Positions 36,111 to 52,539 are shown, counted from the stretch's first letter. The stretch is DNA of 64,000 bases from the human T2T-CHM13v2.0 reference genome, Homo sapiens (GCF_009914755.1 NC_060934.1); one strand, 5' to 3'. Notes: generated by a model not told the origin, from the sequence alone. Made by a program: numbers and translations.

Positions 36111-38749
36111 GCCCTGCCACGTGGCTGGCACACCCACAGATGTGTTCTCACCCCATGAGTAAAATCAGACACTCATTCTTGCTCTTGCAGCCATAGAGGT
36201 TGGAGGGAAGAGGGCTGAGCCCCTCAGGGGATGGTTTCTGCAAGTTCTGTTCAGGGATCTGTCTTCCTTCAGTGCCACTAACACTCACCTGTCATTGCAG
36301 GCAAGAGGAAATCAACATTTTACAGCAATAAAAGGCTGCTCCTGGTTAGGCATCAAACGAATCAATCTTCTCTGACAGTTAATTTTCATTTTGCAACTTT
36401 CCCCAGCAACAACAGCAAGTAATGACCCTGAGGATCTGCAAAGTCGCTGATCAGCAGCCCAGCCTCCCATACTCCTGACTCATCCACTGCCCTGGCTCAG
36501 CCCCTTGCCACCCATGCCCACCATTCACCTCCCCCTTCAGCCCTCTGAGATCCAGGGGTCTCTCTGCCCAGTGACCCCTCTCAGAGGCTCAGGTCTAAAC
36601 TTCCCCGTGGAGCGCTGAGACAAGAAACAGACACACCAGAGCTCACAGTTGAAGCCACCCTGCTGGGGTAGTCACTGAGGACCCCCTGGCCAACAGCACC
36701 ATTCCATCCTCGCTGCTCCCACCTCCCACCTCATCAGTGATCCTCCCCCTCCTGATAACCCATCATCACTGCCTCCCTAACACACCTATGACCCCAGCTA
36801 TGACTCCAGGACCTGCCACCAACCCCCAATGCACAGCACCAGTGACGCCATCAGAAAGCTCCTCCAGCAAATCCCTCTAATTCCTGCAAACCTCCTCCCA
36901 GAGCATTCACACACGGCATCCCTGCCTACCCCCAAATTCCATCAATAACCCCAAAACTACCACATCTGACCCCCAAATACACCATGCCTTCCCAGCACTT
37001 CTACACAGCTGAGGAGCCCCCAGGCTCTGCACCTGTCCCCAGCCCTGCCCTAATCTGGTTCGAGGCTTCCTGATCTTTTACACACCACAGTCAGATGAGA
37101 GGATTCTTTCCCAGGGGAGGGCCCTCCTGCCCAACTCCCATGATCCCAGGTCAGTGATGAGTGTCAGCCCAGCTCAGAGCCGCCAGGCCCAATTCTCCAG
37201 AACCTACTCTGTGGCCTGGCAAGAGAGATAAGAAAAGGCCCACTGGGCCCCTGGACTGTGGCTCCATGGTGGCCTCTACACCAATTGCAGCAGCTTTCAC
37301 AGGCTTAGGAAACCCTCTTGGTCCCCTGAACCCTGGGATTCACAGGCAGCATGGAGCTTAAGTCCCCAGAGTTTTCTCATGAGGCCTACTACTTCCTGCC
37401 GGGCTATAGGATTGGGTAGTGGGACTCCCCCTACCCCTCCACTTCCCCAAAATGCCCAAGACCAGGCAAACACCAAGCCAAGGAGGACTCTTCCCCTATC
37501 CCCACAGAGCCTCTGTCCCCAAGAACAAGAGTAAATACCATTTAGTGAGGCTCTCTGTGTGCCTAGCATGGTGCCAGCCAGGCTGACCACTCAGCACAGG
37601 GCCACGTCAGCATCACGTCACGGCATGGATTCCCACCCCGGGAAAGTGCTTGGCACACAGCAGACAGCCACAAACATGTATTAAATAAATGAATAGATGG
37701 AATGCCTTCCAACTGTTACCTCATGAAATATCTCAGCCCCTGCAAGCTGGATATTATCATCCCAACTTCAATTTGAGGAAACAGGCTTCAAAAGGGCAGC
37801 TTGCAGCTGAAAGTCATGTAGCCATCAATGGGCAGAGCCACATTCAAACCCAAATCTGTGCAAACTCAGAGGCTCTGCTGTCTCTGATCCACATACGGTC
37901 CCATTCAACAAGGACAACAGCGGTGATGGCAGCTCAACCCAGCCCCGCCCTGGGGCTGCTGAGTGCCCATCTCTTCCTGACACCAAACTGCAGCTCCAGG
38001 AAGTACAGGCGGCAGCCCCTACATCTCCCTGGCAACCCAGGAGCTTTTGTTCAGGAAGAATGAAGCTGATTCATCCCCCCAGGGTGAACAGCAGGGTCTA
38101 GACCTGTGAATGCAGCCTAGAGCCACCCAGGCTGGATAGATGCATGCAGGGACGGGGCCCTTGCTGGAGTTTCTGGGCAGGCAGTTCCGAGTGCCCACCA
38201 CACCCACTAGCCAGAACTCCACGGCCATGGCTCAGCTGAAAGACAACAAAAGGGACATGACATCCCACCCACAATGAAGAAAGCCTTACTCCTGGCCCTG
38301 CCCAGCTCTCCAGCCTCCTCCTCTGCCCACACACTTCCATAGGTCCCCAGAGCTCCAGAGACACAGGCCACTAGCCTGCACCCAGCACTGTGCTCTCTCA
38401 TCCCTGAACCTTTTCACACTTTGTCCCTCAAACTGCAGAGGCCCTTCCATTCTTGCACCTCACTAGGGATTTCTTAGCTTCAAACTGGGGGTTCAGACAC
38501 TGTTGCCTCTGCAGTTCTCCCTGTGAAGAATGTGTCACTGCTCTGCGCACCCACAGCCCGGTGCTCGCCTGTGTCATGCACAGTCATCTTACCCGGAGGC
38601 AAACCTTTCCTGGGTTATAACTGTCCCTTCCCTAGACAGTAAGCTTCTGGAGGGGCCCCTCTCCACCAAGCAGCCCCAGTTTCAGCACAGAAAGACACAC
38701 ACGGGGCATCTGAAAGTCACCACTGATGGGAGCTTTCAGGGTATCCATA

Positions 38750-39070
38750 GTTAACTGCTACCCGGTATGCTCCCCAACTCCTCAGAGCTAGGCCTGCCAG
38801 GGACCTGCTCTGGCCAATAAAATGGAAGCCGTGTGATAAGCATTTCTTCCCGGCAGATGTTTCCAAGCTGGTTCCAGCTTCCCGGTTCCTCTCTACCGGT
38901 ATCACCAACAGCATTTGGATACTGGCTGCTTGTCAGCCTGTTTCCTGGAGGAAGAGGATGGCAGGGAGCATAGCCCAGGACCGTCCGTGATGGACATGCA
39001 GCCTGAGCAAGGAATCAGTCACTGAAGTGTGGAGGTTGTTTGTTACCACGGGGGCTAGCCCATTTGAACC
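38750..39070 (+). mobile_element. MLT1I/J-like LTR
   Basis: ctgctctggccaataaaatggaagc...gatggacatgcagcctgagcaaggaat...ggttgtttgttaccac. Confidence 0.65.
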
Positions 39071-39267
39071 CATGCAAGGCGTGAGAGAACCATGCTTCCT
39101 GCAGCATCCAGGCCAGCACAAGGGTCAGGGACTCGAATAGGAGGCCACCAACACCATTTGCTGGCTTTCTACATAGGCTTAGTGCCAGATATGTCCCTAT
39201 GATAACCACATGATGAAATCTGAAAAAGTAAGAGGCACGTGAAGCATGTTAGAAAGATTGGGGTTTG

Positions 39268-39563
39268 GAGCCGGGTGCAGTGGCTCACACCTATAATCCC
39301 AGCACTCTGGGATGCCAAGGCGGGCTGATCACTTAAGGTCAGGAGTTTGAGACTAGCCTGGTCAACATGGTGAAACCCCATCTCTACTAAAAATACAAAA
39401 ATGAGCTGGGTGTGGTGGCACATGCCTGTAGTCCCAGCTACTTGGGAGGCTGAGGCAGGAGGCTTGCTTGACCTGTGAGGCGGAGGTTGCAGTGAGCTGA
39501 GATCACGCCACTGCACTCCAGCCCGGGTGACAGAGTGAGACTCTGTCTCAAAAAAAAATGAAA
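39268..39563 (+). mobile_element. AluS (Sx/Sz-like) inserted in a MIR (continues to ~39750)
   Basis: Full dimer; flanking direct repeat agaaagattggggtttgg starting at 39251 and 39564. Confidence 0.95.
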
Positions 39564-40040
39564 AGAAAGATTGGGGTTTGGAAAGCAGACTTGGGTTCAA
39601 ATCCAAGCTAAGTCACGTCTGTGACCTTGGACAAATCCCTTCACCTCTGTGAACCTTGGTTTCCTTATCCTAAAGTAGGTGCAACAAAACCTACCTCCCA
39701 GTGCATTCTTAAAATAACAGGAGCACAGACATCACATAAAAAGTGTCTAGAACATTGAGAATTTTCCATTGCTCAGGGTGGCTAACCTTTGATTAGCTCC
39801 AAGATGCCTGGAGGGGTGGGGGCAGAATGAAATGGCCTGAGTCCCAAGCCCTGGACTGGGCAGGCTCCAGCACGGCCAGGTAACTGAGGATAGGCTGTAT
39901 CTAAGATGACACTCACTCACACAGGGCACACAGAGGCCCCAGCTCCTGCTGTGTGGCCTCACTGAGGCCAATACTCCAAGTTATGCACCCAGCTCCCTTG
40001 CCCCTTCACCCACACACATTCTGAGAGACACCATTTCTGG

Positions 40041-40157
40041 CTCTGCACACTGGCTGACATTGACCCCTGCTAATTAGGAGTTCTCTTGGCCTCGGCCTCT
40101 GCACACTGGCTGACATTGACCCCTGGCTAATTAGGAGTTCTCTTGGCCTCGGCCTCT
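40041..40157. repeat. 56/57-bp tandem duplication (2 copies)
   Basis: ctctgcacactggctgacattgacccctg(g)ctaattaggagttctcttggcctcggc at 40041 and 40097. Confidence 0.97.
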
Positions 40158-40966
40158 TGCCTCTCCTGGTTCTCAGTCCTTCCTCTCATCCTCCCTGGTC
40201 ACAGCTGGCCCTTTCCTCAGGCCCCATCTAGGGCTGCTTTCACTCCCCTTTAGTCTCAATTCCCAAGCTGGACTTCTGAGGCAGATTGGCAGCAACTTCT
40301 TGGAGGTAGGGGCACATCCTGTTTGCTTTTTTGCTTTTTGCTGTCCCTCTAAGCCCTCTAAGATATGGGACCCACATTTATTGACCATTGCCTAGGTGTA
40401 CTCCATGGAAACCCTGAAAGATGCCTGTAATACAAGGTCCCATTTCACTGTACTACGGGCACTAAGACCCCCTGTAGGGAAGGGGTCTACAGGGCTCACA
40501 CATGAGTCTTCTGACCCAAGCTCCTCTCTACAGCCTCCCTCACAGAATTAAACATCCCCTTCCCTTAATACTAAACAAATCTATCCTTATTTGTAGGTCT
40601 TCCTGGAACAGCGTTTATAATTGCATTCAATGAAAACATTTTAAATGAATCTAATTCTTAATAGTTTGGAAACATGGAACATCTGCTTTGTCTGAGCAGC
40701 CGAATCTTCTGATTAAAACAATGATAAACTCTTTCCCTCACCCCTTCAGACTGTGGCCTCCTTGAGGGCAGGGGCTATGCATTGTTCCATTCAGTACCCA
40801 CTGCAGCCTGGCACAGAACAGTGATCAGTAGCAGATTAAATCATTAAATCACTATCCACCTCACTCCAACAATTGCCTCCTCTCTACCACCCCCACCCTT
40901 CATTCTCTCCATTCCCTCCATCATTAAATGAGCTCAGATACAACTATTTAAAAAATAATAATAATT

Positions 40967-41273
40967 GGTCCAGGCGCAGTGGCTCATGCCTGTAATCCCA
41001 GCATTTTGGGAGACCAAGGCGGGTGGATCACTTGAGGTCAGCAGTTCGAAACCACCCTGGCCAACATGGTGCAGCCCTGTCTCTAGCAAAAACACAAAAA
41101 TTAGCCAGGTGTGGTGGTGCGTGCCTGTAATCCCAGCTACTCAGGAGGCTGACGTAGGAGAACTACTTGAACCCAGGAGGCAGAGGTTGCAGTGAGCCGA
41201 GATTGTGCCACTGCACTCCAGCCTGGGCAATAGAGCGAGACTCTGTCTCAAAAAATAATAATAATAATAAAAA
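40967..41273 (+). mobile_element. AluS (Sz/Sx-like) with (TAA)n tail
   Basis: Full dimer; aaaaaataataataat on both flanks. Confidence 0.95.
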
Positions 41274-41329
41274 CAATTTGTACTTCTGCTTCTAACCCAG
41301 CTAAAGTAAGAGGAATCTAGTTTGCCAAT

Positions 41330-42750
41330 CAGAATTTATTCATGGAATAACCGAATAAAAAAATGAGCAAAATATATGGAGCAATGGTTTTTCAAGACAT
41401 TGGAGAGAAGGCAATGAAGGACAGTGATTCCAGAGGCTAAGATCAAACAAGGCAAGCCCTACAATTTCTTCAGCTGTCTTTCTTCCCAAGGTGACACAGG
41501 AGGCAGAGTCTAGCAGATGTCCTGAGTTGCAGATTTGGAGCTCAGAGTCTAGAGACAAAGGCTGCCAGAGTTCACAGGACAGAGTACCAGAGAAGAGTGA
41601 TGGGCACAGAGAAAGACACCTGGCGAGCTTTCAGAAACTCCCACTCAAGTGTTCAGCAGAGTGTGAGCAAACGCCCCAAAGCCAGGAGAAGAATCATCCA
41701 AAAGATTTGAAGGAATAGTATCTGGTACTCTCAAGAACAGTGACTGTTTTCAAACCCTCATGATTCACAGGACATTGGGTAGAGTATGTAGAAAGGTCCT
41801 GCCTCAGTAGTAGTAGCTCTGTCCTGCCTAGCCAATAGTAAAAACAAGACCCAAAAGGATCAGACTATTTCCACATAACTGCATTCCAGAATAAAGCCCA
41901 AGGATATTTCTACGAATGCAAAAATATCCATCACAATGTCTGGAATCCAATCAAAACTGATTAGGTATGTAGAGAAGCAGGAAAAAAATTTACCCATGTG
42001 AAGAAAAAAATCAATCGATCAAAATCAAACCACAACTGAAACAGATGTTGGAATTAGAAGACAAAGATATTAAAACAGTCATTATAACTACATGCCGTAT
42101 GTTCAAACGTTAAGTAGAGACATGGAAGATTTAAAATAAGATGCAAATCAAGCTTCTAGAGATGAAAAGTACAATATGTGAGATTTAAAAAATAAACTGA
42201 ATTGGATTAATGTCAAATTTGATACAGCAGGAAAAAATTAGCAAATTTAAATACATGGAAAAAGAAACTATCCAAAGTTAAATACAGACAGAAAAATAAT
42301 CAAAAAAGAGAAAAGAAGAAAGAAAGTAATACTGGTGAGCAATGGGACAACTTCAAGTGGTCTAACATATGTGTAACTGGAGTCCCAGAGGGGAGGAGAG
42401 TGGGAGGAAACAGAAAAAATATTTATAGAAATAATTCATGAAAAATTTCAAATTTGACAAAAACCATAAATGCACAGATGCAAAAATTTTAAGAAATCAT
42501 AAGCACAAGAAACATGAAGAAAAATACATCAAGACACATTATAATCAAAATGCTCAAAATCAAGATAAAGAGAAAATCTTAAAGGCAGCCAGAGAAATAT
42601 ATTATGTTCAGAGGAACAAGGATAAGGATGACAGTAAATTTCTTATCAGAAACAATACAAATAGAAGACAATGGAGAAACATCTTTAGTATTGAAAGAGA
42701 GAAAAACTATCAACCTAGATTTTTATACCATGAAAAAAAATCTTTCAAAA
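41330..42750 (+). mobile_element. Old L1M element A (5' region and decayed ORF1)
   Basis: A-rich strand bias; ORF1p-like DKEKILKAAR in the 42438 ORF; atatgtgtaactggagtcccagag. Confidence 0.75.
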
Positions 42751-43445
42751 ATGATGGTGGAGGAGAACGGCAGAGTAGACAGCTCCAAGTTCTAATCTTC
42801 CTACAGAAACATTCAAAAAATGAACAAATAAAAAAAGCAGAAACTGCCAGAGCCAACTTTGTCAAAACTCTGGAAAACAGTCAAAGGTTTACAGCAACCA
42901 AGAGAACACTTAGTCAAGAAAAAGGCAACTTTAGGAAGGTATTGTGGCATTTTTACTTGCCCATGCCCCATCCCTCCCCCAGCATGATGTTATGTTGAAG
43001 TGGTACCGTCTTGAAGTGCCATCCCATGTTCCCAATATAAGACCTTCATCTCTAGTTCTAGAGGGAGCAGAGCAGATATTATTCACAAATTATTGTGACT
43101 ATCTGTTATAGGCTGTCTGAGGGATACCTGAAGGATTGATACAAGACACTCTTCTATGTTCCCCCTAACTTGGAACTTAGACCAAAAAGTGACAGGCATT
43201 ACTCACAACATTGCAAAGCAAACTAACAACTCAAAGACACTTGGGACAAAAGACACAGTTGAGACATACAATAGACTGCCTAAGACCTGTGAGGAATAGC
43301 TTGGAACATTCTTTGGGAAAGTGGTACACTCAAAAGTACCTATTTATACTGAGGAATTTAGAAAGCTACATTAGGCATAGGGCAAGATGCATGCTAAGAA
43401 AAGAAATAAGAAGACCCTAAGCTTTCTCTAGGCACACTAATCTCT

Positions 43446-45708
<2,263 letters not shown>

Positions 45709-46623
45709 TTATCTGTCAAAACATTAGCCAAACACAGGCTAAAGGATCAGAGACTTCAGTGATCACACAAGACAATGAATACAATCTTTGAGAAAGTTAC
45801 TAAACAAAGAAGTATACACCCTTCAACAACTAAAAAAAAACAGCAGCCTCTGGGGAAGGAAGACAATATGTTTTCTAGAGTTAACACATTATAATATTCA
45901 GAAGTCCTTTTTTAAAAAAGGACACAAAGAAACAAGAAAACATGGCCCATTCAAAGGAACAAAGTAAATTTACACAAACCATGCCTAAGGAAGCCCAGGC
46001 ATCAGACTTACTAGATAACAACTTTAAAACAACTGTCTTAAATATGCTGAAAGTGGTAAAGGAAGACATGGACAAAGAACTAAAGAAAATTGGGGAAATT
46101 ATACATAAACAAAATGAGAAAATCAATAAAAAGATTAACATTAATTTTTAAAAGAAGCAAACAGAAATTCTGGGGCTAAAAAGTACAATAACAAAATGAA
46201 AAATTCATTAGGGGGTTAAAGAGCAGATTTGAACAGACAGAAGACAGTGAACTTAAAGATAGGACAACTGAAATTATCAAGTCTGAGAATCAGAAAGAAA
46301 AGAGAAAGACGAAAAGTGAACAGAACCTAAATGACCTATGAGATACCATCAAGCAGACTAACATACTCATTATGAGTGTTCCAGAAGGAGAAGAGAGAGA
46401 TAAAGGGGAAGAAGAATATTTGAAGAAATAGTGGCTAAAAACTTCCCAAATTTGATGAAAGACATGAAATTAAAATCCAAAGAGTTTAGTGAACTCCAAG
46501 TAAGATAAACTCAGAGACCCATACAGAGATCCTTTATAATCAAACTACTGAAAGACAAAGACAAAGAAAGAATCTTAAAGGCATAAAGAAAGAAGGAACT
46601 TGTCATGTACAAGGGATTCCCAA

Positions 46624-47349
<726 letters not shown>

Positions 47350-47490
47350 ATCAATAAGATTCGACATCCAATTTGTCATCAGAAATCAAGGCAGAAAGCA
47401 GTGGGACGACATATTTCAAGTGCTGGAAAAAAAAAACTAAAAAACTCAAGAGTTCTAAATCCAGCAATACTGTCCTTTTTCAAAAGAGAG

Positions 47491-47808
47491 AGCCATTGTG
47501 TTAAATGAAAAAAGCCAGTCACCAAGGACAAATATTGTATGATTCTGCTTATCTAAGATACCTAAAGTCATCAAAATCATAGAGACAGAAAGTAGGATGG
47601 TGGTTTCCAAGAGCCGGGGGGAGAGGAAAATGGAGAGTTATTGTTTAACAGGTACAGAGTTTCAGTTTGGGAAGATTAAAATGTTCTCAAGATGGAGGGT
47701 GGTGAAGGCTGCACAGCAATATGAATGTACTTAAGGCCACTGAACAATACACTTAAAAATAGTTTAAAATGTAGAGTTTAGGTTATATAAATTTTACCAC
47801 AACTTTTA
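47491..47808 (+). mobile_element. L1MB (L1MB3/4-like) 3' end fragment
   Basis: aagccagtcaccaaggacaaatattgtatgattc...tacagagtttcagtttggga...ttttaccacaa; aaaagaga on both flanks. Confidence 0.85.
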
Positions 47809-48381
47809 AAAAGAGAAATTAAGATATGCTTAGATAAACAAAAGCTGAGTGCATTTCTTACCACTAGATCTTCTCTGTAAGAAATGCCAAAGGGAGCCCT
47901 TCAGATTGAAATGAAAGGACACTACACATTAACTCAAAGCTGCATGAAGGAATAAATGCAAAGGTAACTACACGGGCAAACATAAAAGCCATTCTTGAAT
48001 TTTTAGTTTATAACTCTACTTTTATTTTTTACATAATTTAAAAAACACATGCATTTTTAATTATAAATCTATTTTAATTGGCACATAATTGACAAAGATG
48101 TGATTTGTCATAATAACATAAACAAGGAAATAAAGCTATATAGGAGCATAGTTGTGTATGCTGTTGAAGTTGGTATCAGTTCTAATTAGATTGTTATAAA
48201 TTTAGGATGTTAAGTGTAATCCTGAGGGTAACCACAAAGAAAATATCCAAGGAATATACACAAAAGGAAATTAAAAGGGAATCAAAGTGTTTCACTACCA
48301 AAAAAAATCAACTAAACACAAAAGAAGCCATTAATAGAGAAAATGAGGGACAAAAAAGTAATTAACAGACATACTGAAAAC

Positions 48382-48659
48382 AAATAGTAAAATGGTACAA
48401 GTAAGTATATTCTTATCAATAATTACTTTAAATGTAAATGGGTTAAACTATAAATAGTAAAATGGCAGAAGTAAGTATATTCTTATCAATAATTATTTTA
48501 AATGTAAATGGGTTAAACTATAAACAGTAAAATGGCCAAAGTAAGTATATTCTTATCAATAATAACTTTAAATGTAAATGTGTTAAACTATAAATAGTAA
48601 AGTTGCAAAAGTAAGTATATTCTTATCAATAACTACTTTAAATGTAAATGGGTTAAACT
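48382..48659. repeat. 70-bp tandem repeat, 4 copies, derived from the L1 ORF2 start
   Basis: Unit starts at 48382, 48452, 48522, 48592. Confidence 0.97.
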
Positions 48660-49546
48660 CTCCAACCAAAGACAGGGGCTGGAGTAATAAATTTTACAAA
48701 ACATGATTCAAGGTAAATGACTCATTTTACATCCAAAGATATAAGTAGCTCAAAAGTGAAAGGATGGAAAAAGATATTCCAGACAAATCATAATCAAAAA
48801 AGAAGTGGGGTGGCTATAATACTATTTTTTAAATTGACTGTAAGTCAAAACTGTAAGAAGAGATAAAGTTTCATTGTACATAAATTTTAAAGGGTCAATC
48901 CAGTGACCTGGGTTTCTACTTTAAGAATTTGTCTTAAGAAGACCAAATTAAACCCAAAGTAAATAGAATAAAGGAAATAATAAATATCAAAGCAAAAAAA
49001 TGATAAAATAGAAAACAGAAAAACAATAGGAAAATCAAGGAAACCAAAAGCTGGCTTTTCTTCAAAGATCAATAGTATTAATAAACCTCTAGCCACACTG
49101 ATCAAGATAAAACAAAAAGACATAAATTACCAATATCAGAAATAAAAGAGATGATATTACTACAGATACTACAGGTATTAAAAAGATAATAAGGACATAT
49201 TATGAATAAGAATAAACTCATCAGCATAGATAGAATGGACCAATTCCTTGAAAGACACAAACTACTAATGCTCACTCAAGAAGAAACAGATAACCTGACT
49301 AGCCTTATTATCTATGAAGGAAATGGAATTTGAAGTTAAGAACTATCCAACATGGAAAACTCTAGGCCCTGATGGCCTCACTGATGAATTCTACCACATG
49401 TTTAAGAAAGAAATGATACCAATTCTACATAGCTTCTCCAGAAAACTGTAAAGGAATGAATACTTCCCAATTTGTTCTATTAGGACAAAATTACCACCAT
49501 AACAAAACCAAAGACGTTACAAGAAATAATAATAACAAACCACATG

Positions 49547-49907
49547 TGTAATGGACTGAATGTTTGTGTTCCCCCAAAATTCACATGTTGAAGTACTACC
49601 CCTAATGTGATGGTATCAGGAGGTGGGATCTTTGGAAGGAAATTGGGTCATGAGGGTGGAGCTCTCATGAATGTTATGAATTCTTTATAAAAGGAACCCT
49701 AGAGAGCTCTCTTGCCCTCTTTCCACCATGGAAAGGTACCACAAGAAGTCAGCAGTCTACAACTCAGAAGAGGGCCCTCATCAGTGCTGGACCATATTGG
49801 TATCCCCCTCAGACCTCCAGCCTCCAGAACTGTAAGAAATCAATTTCTGTTACTGATAAGCTTCCAGTTGACAGTACTTTGTTATAGCAGCCTTATAAAC
49901 GAAGATA
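49547..49907 (+). mobile_element. MLT1A-like LTR inside L1M ORF2
   Basis: tgtaatggactgaatgtttgtgttcccccaaaattcacatgttgaa...ccagcctccagaactgtaagaaat...gttatagcagcc. Confidence 0.88.
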
Positions 49908-50480
49908 ACCTGCCAATATCCCTCATGAATTTAGATGCAAAAACTTTAGCAAATCAAATCCAACAATATATAAAAATGATAATACATCATGACTAAGTAA
50001 GATTTAACATTTAACTTAACATTTGCAATCAAATCACCATATCACCAAGCCCAAAAAGAAACACATATGATCATCTCATTGAACATGGTAAAGGCATTTG
50101 ACTATTCCGAAATCAATCCTAATAAAAATTCTCAGCAAACTAGGCATAGAAAGGAACTTCTTGATTTGATAAAGAACATTTATAAAAACCTACAGCTAAC
50201 ATCATATTTAGTGTTGAAAGACTGAATAGGATGGTTTCCTCCTAAGATCAGAAAAAAGGATGTTCACTGTCATCACTTCTAACATTTTACAAGAATTTCC
50301 AGCCATTGCAATAAAGTAAGAAAATGAAATAAAAATCATCCAAATTGGGAAAAAGCAAAACTGTCTTTCTTCACAGGTGACATTATCATTTACTTAGAAA
50401 ATTTGATGGAATCTACCCTTTAAAAAAAGGCACTAAAACCAATAAGTAAGTTTAGCAACATTGCTAGATATTAATATACA

Positions 50481-50777
50481 GGCTGGGTGCAGCAGCTCAT
50501 GCCTCTAATCTCAGTGCTTTGGGAGCGACAGACAAGAGATCACTTGAGGCCAGGAGTTTGAGACCAGCCTGGGCAACATAACAAGATCTCATCTCTTCCA
50601 CAAATTTAAAAATTAGCCAGGCATAGTGGTGCACATCTTTACTCGCAGCTACCCAGGAGGCTGAGATGGGAAGATTGCTTGAGCCCAGGAGGTCAAGGCT
50701 ACAGTGAGCTATGATTGTGCTCCAGCCTGGGCAACAGAGCTAGACCCTGTCTCTAAAAATAAATTCAAATAAAATTA
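50481..50777 (+). mobile_element. AluJ (Jo/Jr-like)
   Basis: J-type gaggccaggagtttgagaccagcctgggcaacata and gcttgagcccaggaggtcaaggctacagtgagctatgat. Confidence 0.92.
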
Positions 50778-51179
50778 AAGATCAATATATAAAACTCAAT
50801 TGTATATTACAAATTTAAAATTTTAAAAATATGATTCACAATAGCATCAAAAATAGAGTATTTAGGGACTAGTCTGACAAAATTTCCACCATGACAACTT
50901 ATCCTTCATCTTCTCCCTCCTCTACTTGCTGCTCCTTCAATGATTCCTTGTTCTTCATTTCAGGAGCACAGTCAATGCCAAACTCAACAAGCTCCTCAGT
51001 ATGGCCAGTAGATTCAGAATAGCAATGGTATCACTTGCAAAGAGAGTTTTAATAGTTAACATGGAGACATTCATTATGGAGAACCCTTGTGAAAGCAGGA
51101 GGAGCAAAGCCCTCCTAAGTCATTGTAGCAGGGGCTGAGTGGCTTCCACCTCTCCTCCCTTCATTTATTTTACAAAAGC

Positions 51180-51725
51180 TTTCATCATGCCTTTCCCTAT
51201 GGAATCAAGCCCAGACTCTTCAGCACAGCTTTCAAGGCCATGACCTGGCCCCCTACCTACTTTTCCAATGTTCTTTCCCCTAACCTCCTTTCACTGACCC
51301 TTTCTGCCAGCTAACTGGATTCACTGCTCCCCATACCTCCTCTATAGTTTCCCCTGTCAGTGCATAACATATCCATGTATTTTCTCTCCCCCATTTTCCC
51401 TTCCTCCTTCTTTCCTTTTATAGCTCATTCTCCAGCCTCGATTACTCTTCCTTCTGCTCACATCCAAATCCTTCTCAACCCTTACAGACAGGCTGAAAAT
51501 ACCTGCTTTTCTAAGAAGCGCTCCCTGATTCTACCAACCATGGGGATCACCCTTCCTCTGAACCTTGCCTGGAGCCAGGGGCATTTTCCCTTTGGGACTT
51601 GTTCCTTGTCTAATTCCTGTACTGACTGAGAATGCAATAGGGAGGGGGCAGAGCCTACATCTGGCTCATCTATACAACCCAAAGCACCTCCATCAGGGCC
51701 TGGCACAGCAAAAGAAACCATTGGT
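51180..51725 (+). mobile_element. L2 fragment
   Basis: gaatcaagcccagactcttcagcacagctttcaaggcc...cagggcctggcacagcaa. Confidence 0.55.
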
Positions 51726-52241
51726 AAGTGTTGGAAGAGGGGGGAGGAAGTGGCTTCATCTGGAAAAAGGAAGGAAATGGAACACTTGGATAAAGAGAGG
51801 CAAGAAATGGTGTGGTGAGGGAAAGGCATCTTTCATTTACTTCCTGCCTGACGCTGAGCTGCTGGGATTGCAGAGGAGATTGAGGTGCACAGCAGAGCTG
51901 CACCTATTGCAGCCAGTGGCTGCAGAGGGGTTATGGGGTACAGCAAGGTGGGCTGGCTCTTCAGGGAGAATTTCTCACCAGAGCTGTCCTGGGCTAGAGG
52001 AAAACTGTAACATTTCTGCTGCCTCATCTACCCTTCTCTCCTACCCACTGGGCAGGCGGTTGTGCCTAACCTTGGCTTATTTGGAGTTCATCTGAAAATC
52101 AGCATGGGGAACTATGGCCAAAAGCAACTTTGTTGTTCATGAGATCTTCCAAATTCAGGAGAGCCATGCCCAACAGTTACAGAAAGGAAGCAGGTGCTCT
52201 GGGCTCCTGTTGCCCACAGACCCATGGCCTGAGGCCTAGGA

Positions 52242-52407
52242 CAGTAGTCCTAGGCCTTCATTGGGCATCAGGATCAGCTGGGGAGGTTTTTTAAAATGTA
52301 GATGCCCATGTCCCATCTCCAGAAATGCAATTTCAATTGATCAGAGCTTGAGCACACTTTAAAAGCTCCCCCAGATGATTCTGCTGGGCAGCCAGGTTGA
52401 GACCCTG
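52242..52407. mobile_element. MER5-family (MER5B/MER5A1-like) hAT MITE
   Basis: catcaggatcagctggggaggttttttaaaatgtagatgccc...aagctcccccagatgattctg...ggttgagaccctg; 8-bp TSD gcctagga/gcctggga. Confidence 0.8.
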
Positions 52408-52539
52408 GCCTGGGAAGGACTCCTTCCTCCAGCCCACAGTTGTTCTAGGATGGGGGTAGAGCACTGCTCAGGGAGGGGGCCTCCTGCCTTCTGTAAGGTC
52501 TGCTTAAATGCCACTCCTTCCCATACTCCTCAGTGGAAA

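Noticed and set aside
42438-42998. 186 aa Lys-rich ORF as a novel gene
   Set aside because: Read-through across decayed L1 ORF1 into the 5'UTR of a second L1; only partly in the ORF1 frame.
48382-48659. Conserved repeat with short variable segments as a CRISPR-like array
   Set aside because: Units differ by only a few point changes and derive from L1 ORF2.
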